From: an uncultured Chloroflexia bacterium
GTDB taxonomy: Bacteria; Chloroflexota; UBA6077; JACCZL01
Direction: 5' to 3'
DNA length: 39,029 bases
NCBI GenBank assembly: GCA_963765765.1
Contig: CAVXYC010000006.1
Span: forward strand, 1-39,029
Shown: positions 1 through 9,907 of the stretch, piece after piece
Position numbering within the stretch: position 1 is the stretch's first letter
Layout: the number at the start of each line of letters is the position of its first letter
Program-made: the position numbers and the translations under genes
The notes under the pieces: generated by a model
Seen by the model: only the letters and a program-made list of their open reading frames with translations
The model's database searches: none
What the model was told of the DNA's origin: nothing

Positions 1-2
1 CC

Positions 3-386
3 GATGCCTGCCTTGCGGAAGATACACGCGCTGAGCTTCTGCGCTGTATCCGATTGGACCAGGATTGCGCGGATATCTGTTCAACGATGGGCCGCATGAT
101 CACCCGTCAATCCGAAACAGATTGGACACTCGTACGGGCTCAGCTTCAAGCGTGCGTGCTAGCGTGCCGACAGTGTGCCGTGGAGTGCGAGAAGCATTCA
201 CAGCACGAGCATTGCAAAGTGTGCGCGGCGGCATGCCGCGCGTGCGAGGAAGCATGCTCGGCCGTCCTCGCAGCCACGCTGACTATGGAGTCCAAGGTCA
301 GCAACGACACGACCGTGGAACAGTCGTTCCCTGCATCAGATCCGCCCGGGTCCGAAGGCTCCATTGCCCCATCAAGGGATCGCTGA
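3..386 (+). CDS. Four-helix-bundle copper-binding/storage protein (Csp3/DUF326-like), 5'-truncated by window edge
   Basis: Frame is open from base 3 (DACLAE...CIRLDQDCADIC), with repeated CxxxC/CxxC motifs (CVLACRQCAVECEKH, HCKVCAAACRACEEAC) and a C-terminal SFPASDPP tail. Confidence 0.85.
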   Translation, partial: DACLAEDTRAELLRCIRLDQDCADICSTMGRMITRQSETDWTLVRAQLQACVLACRQCAVECEKHSQHEHCKVCAAACRACEEACSAVLAATLTMESKVSNDTTVEQSFPASDPPGSEGSIAPSRDR

Positions 387-406
387 CTTCAGTCCTGAAA
401 GACGCA

Positions 407-448
407 AGTGAGACCAGTGACCAGAGGCCTCTGGTCACTGGTCTCACT
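407..448. repeat. Perfect 42-bp palindrome, possible terminator hairpin
   Basis: AGTGAGACCAGTGACCAGAGG|CCTCTGGTCACTGGTCTCACT lies 20 bp after the stop at 386 and is followed by GTATTTCTT. Confidence 0.85.
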
Positions 449-488
449 GTATTTCTTAGCCCACTCGCTCGCGAAGAGCGAGAAGCAT

Positions 489-828
489 GCTGCGCCTCAG
501 CCCCCTATGCTACCCTTCGCCGCTCAAGTTACGAATGCGTCGCAGTGGAGCCAATCCAATGCAGCAACTACCTGGGGCCTTGCCATAGAGGGACGAAGCG
601 GTGTCTCTTAAGTCACGTACCTGCCCTGATGCGGAACACTCATCCACGGGCGATGCTCGATGGATACACGACGAATTCTCAGCGGACCTGGTGCGTGACG
701 CGATTCGCCGAGTGGGTGGAAGCGACTCGGAGCTGGGAGAGTTGCGACCTATCGCAATTCTTTTCTCCGATGGCCCAACCGAAGGTCCCGGATACGCGTA
801 CATCGACAACGATCGCGCCAGTCCATAG
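489..828 (+). pseudogene. Possible fragmented hypothetical gene
   Basis: Overlapping protein-like pieces in two frames (TTWGLAIEGRSG; ILFSDGPTEGPGYAYIDN); no recognisable family, and boundaries are approximate. Confidence 0.2.
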
Positions 829-895
829 ATCGAGCGCGGCCTGAAATCTGCCTACGTATAATGCCCGTCAGCGTCAGCCGACCCCGGGATTTTTC

Positions 896-1894
896 ATGAT
901 TCAGGGCCCTATAGACGTTCATACGCACATCGTTCCTCCCGATCTGCTCAATGCAATTGTGAGTAACGGCGATCGCCTTCAAACCCGAATCTCAGACGAA
1001 GGGGACCGGCGCTGGCTTGTGATCCAGGAGAGTACTCGCCGGCCTCTTAATGATCGACTCACGGATCTTGAAACTCGGGCTGGCGAGTTCAGCGCACAGG
1101 GAATCGCGGCCCAGGCACTCTCCTGTCCGCCGTTCGTGATGTACTACGACGCAGATGCTGACGCCGCCTCAGCTATCGCCGAGGTGGCAAACGACTCAAT
1201 TATTGAGGCTGCGCGACGCTTCCCAGACCAGTACATTCCCGTGGCCACGACAGCGCTTCAGGACCCAGCGAGAGCGGTCCGCGAGCTCGAGCGGGCAGCC
1301 ACGGCCGGCGCGCGCGCAATCCAGATAGGTACACACGTGAACGGCAACGGGCTCGATGAACCGGAGCTATCCGATTTTTTCACGCGAGCTGCTGAGCTCG
1401 ATGTTGCGATTGTCGTTCACCCATTCGACGCCGCTCCGACGGGCCGTACCGGACGCTACTATCTGGGAAACTTATTCGGGAATCCGAGCGAAACGGGCCT
1501 GGCCGCATCGCTTTTAATCTTCGGCGGGGTTCTCGAAGCGAACCCAGAGCTGCGCGTCGTACTGTTGCATGCCGGAGGCGTCTTTCCAATGATCCTGGGC
1601 CGTCTGGATCATGGTTATCGCACGCAGTCCGAGTGCCGAGCGGCGCTATCGAAAGAGCCCAGTGGCTATCTCGATCAGCTCTGGGCTGACTCCATAGCCC
1701 ATGACGCGGCAACGTTGGCATTTACCGTCGAGCGCATGGGCGGCGACCGTGTGGTCATGGGCAGCGACTACCCCTTTGCAATGGGCTACGCCAACCCGCT
1801 GGAGATGCTTGAGGACGTATCCGCGCTCAGCGGCCAGCAAAAAGTCGCGATCTCGGAAACAAATGCACGGAAGCTGCTGCGGCTTGATGAATGA
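896..1894 (+). CDS. Amidohydrolase 2 family protein (ACMSD/LigW-like decarboxylase-hydratase)
   Basis: DVHTH, VHP, HAGG and GSDYPF motifs; TATAAT at about 857-862 upstream. Confidence 0.9.
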   Translation: MIQGPIDVHTHIVPPDLLNAIVSNGDRLQTRISDEGDRRWLVIQESTRRPLNDRLTDLETRAGEFSAQGIAAQALSCPPFVMYYDADADAASAIAEVANDSIIEAARRFPDQYIPVATTALQDPARAVRELERAATAGARAIQIGTHVNGNGLDEPELSDFFTRAAELDVAIVVHPFDAAPTGRTGRYYLGNLFGNPSETGLAASLLIFGGVLEANPELRVVLLHAGGVFPMILGRLDHGYRTQSECRAALSKEPSGYLDQLWADSIAHDAATLAFTVERMGGDRVVMGSDYPFAMGYANPLEMLEDVSALSGQQKVAISETNARKLLRLDE

Positions 1895-1915
1895 GCCATT
1901 CGGTGGCGATGGTAG

Positions 1916-2746
1916 ATGATGGGTAGCAATCGAGAGCGGTTCAGCGAGCTCATGGCCCTCGGCGACGATGACTTCAATCTCGCGGAGGCTGCCTTACTCA
2001 TCGCAATGGAGCTTGACGAGACGCTCAATATTTCGTCTGTCCTCAGCCAGCTCGACGACATGGCACGCGACGCCGAGGTCTTCCTGCCGGTACGAGCCAT
2101 GACGCGAGATTCCGTAAGCGGGTTAAACCGCTATCTCTTCGATCACTTCGGCCTGGTGGGTAATCAAGTCGAGTACTACGATCCGAAAAATAGCTTCCTC
2201 AATGATGTGCTCGATCGGCGCATGGGGATTCCTATCACCATCTCGGTCATTTATCTGGAAATAGGATGGAGGCTCGGACTACCGCTCTACGGCATTGGCA
2301 TGCCTGGCCATTTTCTCATTGGCTGCCGAGATGAAGGTGAGTCGATCATTCTCGATGCATTCAATAGGGGTCGACAATGCAGCATCGATGAATGTGCGGC
2401 AATAATCAGCCACATCTACGGCGGAGCCTTGCCGTTCCACCCTGACATGCTGCGGCCGGTGACGCGGCGAGATATCGTGATTCGTATGCTCGGAAATCTC
2501 CGTGGCATCTCGGGGCAACTGCGCCGGCACGACGAGTCTCTCCGTTGGAGCGACATGAACGTGATCGCCAGTCATGGCTCAGCTCGCTCCTTGCGTGAGC
2601 GAGGAGCCGTTCGGCTGGCCGCGGGAGACCGCGCCGGTGCCCGTCAAGACCTCATCCATGCGCTAAGCATCGCCGACTCCGAAGACGAGCGACAAGAGTC
2701 ACTGCTTTTGATCCAGCACATCGATGCAACTGAGCAACGCCATTAG
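1916..2746 (+). CDS. SirB1/YchA family transglutaminase-like protein with C-terminal TPR
   Basis: YYDPKNSFLNDVLDRRMGIPITIS, GMPGHF, RMLGNL and TPR-like RERG...ARQDL. Confidence 0.9.
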   Translation: MMGSNRERFSELMALGDDDFNLAEAALLIAMELDETLNISSVLSQLDDMARDAEVFLPVRAMTRDSVSGLNRYLFDHFGLVGNQVEYYDPKNSFLNDVLDRRMGIPITISVIYLEIGWRLGLPLYGIGMPGHFLIGCRDEGESIILDAFNRGRQCSIDECAAIISHIYGGALPFHPDMLRPVTRRDIVIRMLGNLRGISGQLRRHDESLRWSDMNVIASHGSARSLRERGAVRLAAGDRAGARQDLIHALSIADSEDERQESLLLIQHIDATEQRH

Positions 2747-2773
2747 CTTCATCAGCAAGATATCTGGAACGCA

Positions 2774-3199
2774 GTGATGACTTCGAATCCAGAGCACTCA
2801 ATGATCGACCTGCTCGACGATCGTGGCGTTCAGGGTTCGCTGGAGTCGATCTACGGACCCATTGTAGTTGACCATATTTCTCACCCCCGCAACCTCGGCG
2901 TGCTTGACAATGCCACGAGCGTAGGAACGATTGATGATGTCGAGACGGAGAATCTCATCATCGTCTACGTTCGGGTCGAGGGGGGTCAGATCACGTCGGC
3001 ATCGTTTCGGGCCATCGCATGCAGCGCGTGCATTGCTGCCGCCAGTATGGCAACGGTGCTGCTAACGGGTCGGCTGCTCGAATTGGGTCCCCTTGGGACG
3101 AACGAAATCCTGGATGGCCTCGGGGGTCTTCCCAAGTCAAAGGCCCACTGCGCTAATCTCGCTGCGCGAGCGGCGAACCTAGCCATTGGTGGAAGCTAA
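2774..3199 (+). CDS. IscU/NifU-N-like Fe-S scaffold protein (atypical)
   Basis: DHISHPRNLG, ASFRAIAC...IAAASM and LGGLPKSKAHCANLA; the first canonical Cys is absent. Confidence 0.8.
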   Translation: MMTSNPEHSMIDLLDDRGVQGSLESIYGPIVVDHISHPRNLGVLDNATSVGTIDDVETENLIIVYVRVEGGQITSASFRAIACSACIAAASMATVLLTGRLLELGPLGTNEILDGLGGLPKSKAHCANLAARAANLAIGGS

Positions 3200-3299
3200 G
3201 TAACAGGTTTGGACTGCGACGGTCCAAAGTGGTGGCTCGACGTCCGCATTCGGCATCATGTCCACCGGAGCTTTTGATCCAGAAACATCTGAGGTACCC

Positions 3300-4043
3300 A
3301 TGCCGAAACTCACAGTCAACGGCCAATCACTTAGTTTCGAAGAAGTCGGTAGTGGCGAGCCGTTTCTCTACCTGGCGTACACGCGTTTCGACAGCGCGGC
3401 CTACTGGGTGGATTACATGACGAAGAACGCCTCGGGCTTCCGTGTGGTTCTGCCCGACGCGCGAGGTATGGGCCACAGTGTTCATGTACCGATGATCCAA
3501 CCGAAAGACTGGGTCGACGATCTGCTGGGAGTGCTAGATGCGTTAAAGCTCGATAAAGTGCATCTGGCATCTGAAACGCTCGGTAGCCGCGTGGCAACGC
3601 GATTCGCGGCGGACCATCCGGATCGAGTCAAGACGCTGATTCTGAACGGAGCAATCGCTTACAGTAGCCCCGAGGGCGACAAGGCACGGCATGCGAGCGC
3701 CGATCCGTCCGTCATGCCCGCTCCACGACGAGAGTTGATGCAGAAACTGCACGGGGATGACTGGGAAGCCGTCAATCGGTTCTATCAGGACTTACACGAG
3801 CTCGAGGACTTCAAGACCTACTACGATCTACGCGATGTTGCCCCTCGAGTTCAGGCGCCAGCGCTCATCATGCGCGGCGATATCGACGAGCCGATTCACC
3901 CGGTGGAGCACTCTGTCGCCGTCCACCAGCGCATCACGAAGTCATGGCTGGCGATTTTCCCGAACACCGAGTTCAACGCCATGCGAGCACATCCTGAAGA
4001 GACCTGGACGCTCATTCGGGAGTTTATTTCCGCAAACAGCTAG
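3300..4043 (+). CDS. Alpha/beta-hydrolase fold protein (non-canonical active site)
   Basis: GAGG RBS then ATG at 3300; GSGEP, PDARGMGHS, RVKTLIL and ALIMRGDID fold motifs. Confidence 0.85.
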   Translation: MPKLTVNGQSLSFEEVGSGEPFLYLAYTRFDSAAYWVDYMTKNASGFRVVLPDARGMGHSVHVPMIQPKDWVDDLLGVLDALKLDKVHLASETLGSRVATRFAADHPDRVKTLILNGAIAYSSPEGDKARHASADPSVMPAPRRELMQKLHGDDWEAVNRFYQDLHELEDFKTYYDLRDVAPRVQAPALIMRGDIDEPIHPVEHSVAVHQRITKSWLAIFPNTEFNAMRAHPEETWTLIREFISANS

Positions 4044-4063
4044 CCGATCTCAAATGAAAGAGC

Positions 4064-4100
4064 CAGCAGGGATCTCCGTTTGTGTCCCTGCTGTCCTTTT
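4064..4100 (+). terminator. Intrinsic terminator between convergent genes
   Basis: CAGCAGGGA-N12-TCCCTGCTG stem followed by TCCTTTT. Confidence 0.6.
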
Positions 4101-4121
4101 GCCCTTGAGTCCTTCTCGGCG

Positions 4122-4454
4122 CTATTTGTCGATCGGGAAGCCCGATTTCCGCCAGGCGCCCGTGCCGCCCTCGAGGTCGTAGAGGTTCTGCTTCCCTAGC
4201 GATGCAGCAAACTCAGCCGCAACCGCGCTGCGAGCACCTGCCTCGCACACGAAGACAACGTTGTCGTAGTTCACGGCTTCAGGATTTGCCATCACCTTTG
4301 CCAGCGGAATGAGCTCCGCGTCCGGGATATGTCCGGCGGCATACTCCGACGGCTCCCGCACATCGATGACCTTCACAGTACCCGAGTCGATGAGCTCTCT
4401 GGCCTCATCAACCGAAATTCTCTTGAATGGTTCCCCAACCTGGCCCTCAGCCAT
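4122..4454 (-). CDS. Rhodanese-like single-domain sulfurtransferase
   Basis: IDVREPSEYAAGHIP, active loop CEAGARS and LEGGTGAW; GGAGG RBS. Confidence 0.92.
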   Translation of the reverse strand: MAEGQVGEPFKRISVDEARELIDSGTVKVIDVREPSEYAAGHIPDAELIPLAKVMANPEAVNYDNVVFVCEAGARSAVAAEFAASLGKQNLYDLEGGTGAWRKSGFPIDK

Positions 4455-4548
4455 GTGCAACCTCCCTGAATCACAAACAAGCGTGTCTGCTAACTATACC
4501 GGTAGCAACGCCCCGCTGAGACCGCAATTCCCGCGACCGCCGGCGCGA

Positions 4549-6072
4549 TTACGATGCTCGGGGGCTCTCGGCGGCCACTGACATCGGAGCAGCGCGGCGA
4601 CGTGGGCCAGCCAGTCGCCTGGCCAACGATCGCACCCCAACTACGATCACCAGTACGCCGATCCCCGACACGATCCAGATGAACGGATCCACGGGATAGC
4701 GATAGCGGGGAACTTCACCGACGAGCGCCGTGCTGGCCAGCAGCTGGATACCGACCACAAGTGTGAGCCATGAAGCGGTACGCCAGCGCATTAGGAGCGA
4801 GCCGAGTGCGCCAATGACAAACAGGACGGCCAGCGGCTTCATGATCCAGGTTGGTCGGAAGATCTGGCTCAAGCGCTCGGCCGTCGGGATCTCACGCTGT
4901 TCCGCCGGCGTGGGGGACTTCAGCATCGTCGCCAGCGATCCCCATTGGTTGGCCACTCGCGGCTGATCATGCTCGTCCAAGTGCCATGAGAGTGTCTCGT
5001 CCTTCTTAGCGCCCAGCCACAGCTCGCCGAGCATCTCCACCGTGCCATCGAGATAGAGCAGCGGGTCTTTTCGAATGGCTTCCAGCGCGATATCTCGCAA
5101 GAGAACATCGGTCTGCGCCTCGGTCAGGCCAAGCTCGTCTCGAATACGCTGAAATACCTGGCCGGGTGCGGGTCGCTTATCGGTGACTTCCTGGGCGATC
5201 TTTCTGGCCCGACGGCGCATCGGATCCTCGTCGGTCCGAACAGGCTCGTTATCCTGGTAAAAGACGAAGTTCCGCTCGTGCTTCACTGACCGCGAAATAA
5301 GAAAGCGGCCTGTTGAAGTAGTCTCCGCGGTGCCATATTGACGCTGGTTGCGCAAGGTCCAGGGCACCAGCATCAAGGCCATGACGCCCCACACGACCAG
5401 CGTACCAATGGCCGCGCGGCGCCAGTTTTGCAATACGAGCCAGAGATACACGGGAACGAGCGGGATAAGGACTTGCGCTACCGGTCGGGTCAATGCCGCT
5501 ACTCCGATGAGCAAACCAGCCAGCGCATACCAGCCCCAGCGATCGCGCCGCACCGCCACAATCATCGTAAGCACGGAAGCAACCAGAACAAAGGTAAAGA
5601 CGGGCTCTGTGATGACGTAGTGCTCGTAGATCAGCTGCGGAGAGCTAAGCGCAAACAACAGACCGGCGCAAGCCCCTATGACTGGACCTGCCGTGAGCAG
5701 GCCGATCGCAAACACCATCCCCGCCGTGGCCACGCCAAGGAGATGCTGAACGAAAGCGATCGCGGACAAATCTTGCCCGGCCAGCGCCAAGACCCCGGCT
5801 ATGAACGCCGGATAAATCGGCGTGCGCCGCTGCGCCAGTTCGAAGCCCTGTCCGAAGACCAGTCCGTACCCCGGCTGTACGTACTCCAGACTGTCCTTCG
5901 TAACGAACACTGGGGAACGGAAAGTAAACGCCATCCGCAGCACAAGCGCCACCAGAAGTACCGCGCTCAGCAGAAGGAGGGTGCGGTGCGCGCTGGACCA
6001 GGCTCGCATCGCTCCCCAGACACCCCCCGGTCGATCTTCGCCGCCCGACCGGAGGTCTGGCCGGCGAGCCAT
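4549..6072 (-). CDS. GT-C-type (GT39/PMT-like) multi-pass membrane glycosyltransferase
   Basis: KDSLEY, RTPIYPAF, ITEPVF, LTRP, PWTLRN and PRYRYP motifs with many TM helices. Confidence 0.8.
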   Translation of the reverse strand: MARRPDLRSGGEDRPGGVWGAMRAWSSAHRTLLLLSAVLLVALVLRMAFTFRSPVFVTKDSLEYVQPGYGLVFGQGFELAQRRTPIYPAFIAGVLALAGQDLSAIAFVQHLLGVATAGMVFAIGLLTAGPVIGACAGLLFALSSPQLIYEHYVITEPVFTFVLVASVLTMIVAVRRDRWGWYALAGLLIGVAALTRPVAQVLIPLVPVYLWLVLQNWRRAAIGTLVVWGVMALMLVPWTLRNQRQYGTAETTSTGRFLISRSVKHERNFVFYQDNEPVRTDEDPMRRRARKIAQEVTDKRPAPGQVFQRIRDELGLTEAQTDVLLRDIALEAIRKDPLLYLDGTVEMLGELWLGAKKDETLSWHLDEHDQPRVANQWGSLATMLKSPTPAEQREIPTAERLSQIFRPTWIMKPLAVLFVIGALGSLLMRWRTASWLTLVVGIQLLASTALVGEVPRYRYPVDPFIWIVSGIGVLVIVVGVRSLARRLAGPRRRAAPMSVAAESPRAS

Positions 6073-6155
6073 CGGTTGAATTCATCGGTAGTGGCTCATC
6101 GTAGTCCGGCCTTCTCTACCAAGCACGCGCCTGTCCGAGTCGCAGCTCAATAAGC

Positions 6156-7578
6156 TCAGGCGCCGGCGAGCTGTTTCCCAGCCGAAAGAATGCGCTCCAC
6201 TCGGTCCCGAGCGTTTGTCTCGGTATAGATGCGAAGCAGCGGCTCCGTGCCCGAGAAGCGGATGAGCAGCCAGCTTCCGTCCTCCAGAGACCACTTGAAG
6301 CCGTCGATGGTGTTCACGGCGGCTACCGTGGAGCCATCGATCTCCTTCGGAGATGCATTGGCCACGCGCTGCGCGATCGCGTCCCGCTGATCGGCCGGAA
6401 ACTCAACGTCCCAGCGGTGATAGAAGCGATGGGCCGACTTTTTCCCGAAGGTAATCCAGCACACCTGACATGGGGCGGTTGAGTTTCACCATCAGATCCA
6501 GGAGGTAGACGCCAGCCACAAGTGCATCACGCTCAGGGATGTGTCCGGCGAAACCAAAGCCACCGCTTTCTTCCCCGCCAATAATGGCGTTGGTCTCGAC
6601 CATCCGAGGGCCAACGTACTTGAATCCCACTGCTGTCTCGTAGACCGGGACGCCGAACTGTCGGCCGAGGGCGTCGGCCATCTCCGTGGAAGTCACGCTG
6701 CGAACCGCCGGGCCACGCAGCCCGCGCTGCTCCAGCAGATACAGAAACAGCAGCGCATAGACCTGGTGCTGATTGATAAACGTGCCATGCTCGTCAGCGA
6801 GACCGATGCGGTCCGCATCACCGTCGGTCGCGAGTCCTACATCCGCGTGTTGCGACCGGACGGTCTCCAGCATGAAGTCGACGTGGGGTTGGATAGGCTC
6901 GGGCGCGATGCCTGGGAAACCCGGGTTGTACTCCTGACGCAGCTCGATGAGCTTCGTCTTGCCTCCTAGTAATAGTGACTGGAAATACCCCGAGCCAGCG
7001 CCGTACATCGCGTCAATCGCAACGGTCAGTCCAGCGTCCTGAATGGGCTTCAGGTCCACCAGACGATGCACCTGCTCAAGATACGACTCCTTGGCATCGA
7101 TGAACTCAACCTGCCCGCTGGCCACAGCATCTTTGAAGCTCGTCCGCTTCACTGAGTCGATCGTGATTCCGTCGATGCGCGATTCGACGTCCTCGATAAC
7201 CTCAGGTTCAGCTGATGCGCCGACGTGCGTCTTGATCTTGAATCCGTTGTAAGGTGCGGGATTGTGGCTGGACGTGATGATGATGCCGCCACCAGCTTTC
7301 CGGTTCATCACGTTGTACGAGACGACCGGAGTCGGCGTGGCCGACTCCGTGAGCAGCACTTTCACGCCGTTTCCCGCGGCAACCTCCGCAACAGCCTGAG
7401 CGAACCGCTCTGAGCCGTAGCGCGTGTCCCAGCCGATCACCAGCCCGCCGTCAGCGCCCGGCGTGGATTTCAGCCAGTCAACCGCGGCCTGCGCACAAAT
7501 GCGCACATTGTCAAACGTGTAGTCTTCGGCGATGAGCGCACGCCAGCCGTCAGTACCGAACTTAATAGGTGATGTCAA
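6156..7578 (-). CDS. Phosphoglucomutase/phosphomannomutase (frameshift near 6440, likely sequence error)
   Basis: IKFGTDGWR, TSSHNP, DGDADR and GGEESGG; the C-terminal DGFK...RFSGTEPLLRIY is in another frame; TTG start after GAGG. Confidence 0.92.
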
Positions 7579-7591
7579 CGCGCACCTCGCC

Positions 7592-8560
7592 TTAAGAGTG
7601 TGCCAACGCCCCGCTCCTGCGAGACCGCCAGTATTCGAGCGTATCGCGGAGCGTCTCCGCAAGTGTTATGCGTGGCGTCCAACCGGTGAGTCGTTCAAAC
7701 TTGCTGCAGTCAGCATACTGGGCGCTGGGCTCGGATGGCCGGATCAGCTCCGGATCCATCTCCACTCGAATCGTCGCGTCGGATTGCTCCAACAATCCTT
7801 CCAGGAGCGCCCGCACCCGTGTACCTCGTCCGGTTCCTAAATTGTAGACATCGCCCGGCTCACCCATCTGGGCAGCCAATCGGTAACCCACCACGATGTC
7901 GCGCACGTCACTAAAATCACGAACGCCCTCGATGAAACCGACGCGCACAATCGGTTCGCGCAAGCCGAGCTCAATTTCCGCGATCTGTCGGGCGAAGGAC
8001 GGAGCGACAAATCGATCGTCATGCTCGGGCCCTGTGTGTGTGAATGGCCGAACCCTCACCACATCAAGCTTTCGGGTGAGCCAATACTGCCTGGCCATCA
8101 GGTCCTGAGAAACCTTACTCACGGCATATGGGCTCACCGGGTTCAAAGGCGTCGTTTCCTTGATGGGCAGGAGGTCCGGAGTAACCGGCCCATACTCTTC
8201 GTTCGAGCCCACGACCAGAACGCGGGGCTGCACTCCGCTAGCCAGGATCGCCTCGAACATCGCCGCCTGGCCAACGACGTTGTTCTCAAAGGTGAACACG
8301 GGATCGCTAAGCGACTCCGCGACCGAAGCCTGGGCAGCAAGGTGATACACAACCTCGGGAGACACGTCTTCCATTGCCGCGCGTGTTTCGTCGAGGTCGA
8401 GTAAATCGACCTCGACGAGCCGCACTTGCGCGGAAAGGCCGGCGTCATCGATACGCCGGCCTTTCCGAACGAGTCCAATGACCTCGTCCCCCTGTTGAAG
8501 GAGATGGCGCGCAAGATACCTGCCGGCAAATCCGGCGACCCCGGTTACAAGTGCGCGCAC
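7592..8560 (-). CDS. GDP-mannose 4,6-dehydratase / GDP-4-keto-6-deoxymannose reductase (Rmd-like) extended SDR
   Basis: TGVAGFAG, HLAAQASV, YAVSK, RDFSDVRD and GDVYN. Confidence 0.85.
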   Translation of the reverse strand: MRALVTGVAGFAGRYLARHLLQQGDEVIGLVRKGRRIDDAGLSAQVRLVEVDLLDLDETRAAMEDVSPEVVYHLAAQASVAESLSDPVFTFENNVVGQAAMFEAILASGVQPRVLVVGSNEEYGPVTPDLLPIKETTPLNPVSPYAVSKVSQDLMARQYWLTRKLDVVRVRPFTHTGPEHDDRFVAPSFARQIAEIELGLREPIVRVGFIEGVRDFSDVRDIVVGYRLAAQMGEPGDVYNLGTGRGTRVRALLEGLLEQSDATIRVEMDPELIRPSEPSAQYADCSKFERLTGWTPRITLAETLRDTLEYWRSRRSGALAHS

Positions 8561-8572
8561 ACGACCCTCACG

Positions 8573-9793
8573 TCAGCGAGCTGCCGCAGAAAGGCCCGCC
8601 TCCGACCGAAGCGCGTCAGCCTTGTCGGTCGTCTCCCACGGTGCATCGATGTCGTCGCGGCCGAAGTGTCCGTAAGCAGCCGTCGCCTGGTAAATCGGTC
8701 GACGGAGTCGCAGGTCACGGATGATGGCGCCCGGTCGAAGATCGAAGTGCTTCTGCACCAGCTCAACGATGCGCTCATCGGGGATGTGGTTTGTTCCAAA
8801 GCTCTCGCACGAGATTGAGACCGGCTCGGCCACGCCGATAGCGTAGGCAAGCTGCACTTCGAAACGATCTGCAAGGCCCGCGGCCACGACGTTCTTGGCG
8901 ACGTATCTCGCGGCGTATGCCGCTGAGCGGTCAACCTTTGTCGGATCCTTGCCGGAGAAAGCGCCGCCGCCGTGTCGAGCCATGCCACCGTACGTGTCCA
9001 CAATGATCTTGCGGCCAGTGAGTCCGGCGTCGCCCATTGGTCCGCCGATGACGAAGCGCCCCGTCGGGTTCACGAGGAATCGAGTTGAGCGATCCACTAG
9101 ATCGTTCGGTAGGAGACTATTGGATGCGTCGATCAGGTCATCAGCGATGCGCTGGTTCTCCACGGCGGCGTCGTGCTGCGTCGAGATCACGATCGTATCG
9201 ATGTGCACTGGCTTGCCGTACTGATATTCGATCGTTACCTGAGACTTGCCATCGGGACGGAGATAAGGCAGCGTGCCGTCTTTGCGCAGCCGCGCAAGCT
9301 CGCGCGTAATCTTGTGGGCATAGACGATCGTGGCCGGCATGAGCTCGGGAGTCTCGTTGCAGGCAAAGCCGATCATCATGCCCTGGTCGCCAGCGCCGAC
9401 CTTCTCGATTTCGCCTTCAAACGAGCCTTCCTTGGCCTCGAGTGCATTGGAGACACCCATATCAATGTCAGAAGACTGCTGCTTCAAGGACACCATGACA
9501 CCGCAGGTCTCGGCATCAAATCCATAGTCGGTGTGCGTGAAGCCAATGCCACGAACCGTTTCGCGGATGAGCTCCTGATAATCGATGAGCGCTTTCGTCG
9601 TGATCTCGCCGAAGACCATCACCAGGCCTGTCGTTGTGCCCGTCTCACAGGCCACACGCCCGTACGGGTCCTGGGCCAGGATCGCATCCAGGATGGCATC
9701 AGATACCTGGTCACACAGCTTGTCGGGATGGCCCTCAGTCACGGATTCACTCGTGAAGAGGATCTTCGGCGAAGTCATAAAGCTCGTTGGCAT
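8573..9793 (-). CDS. metK: S-adenosylmethionine synthetase
   Basis: [30 protein letters not shown] and [16 protein letters not shown]. Confidence 0.99.
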   Translation of the reverse strand: MPTSFMTSPKILFTSESVTEGHPDKLCDQVSDAILDAILAQDPYGRVACETGTTTGLVMVFGEITTKALIDYQELIRETVRGIGFTHTDYGFDAETCGVMVSLKQQSSDIDMGVSNALEAKEGSFEGEIEKVGAGDQGMMIGFACNETPELMPATIVYAHKITRELARLRKDGTLPYLRPDGKSQVTIEYQYGKPVHIDTIVISTQHDAAVENQRIADDLIDASNSLLPNDLVDRSTRFLVNPTGRFVIGGPMGDAGLTGRKIIVDTYGGMARHGGGAFSGKDPTKVDRSAAYAARYVAKNVVAAGLADRFEVQLAYAIGVAEPVSISCESFGTNHIPDERIVELVQKHFDLRPGAIIRDLRLRRPIYQATAAYGHFGRDDIDAPWETTDKADALRSEAGLSAAAR

Positions 9794-9907
9794 GGTTGTT
9801 CTCCTCTCAGCCCAAACGCGGTGCCGTCACACTACTCGGGCCGCGTCATACCCTTCATTGATCAAATGCTGATGACTCATCTTAAAGTCAGGCGCGGAGG
9901 TTAGCAC

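Noticed and set aside
9794-9907. SAM riboswitch upstream of metK
   Set aside because: No recognisable SAM-I/II/IV or SAH consensus; only a short TGACT-N8-AGTCA palindrome.
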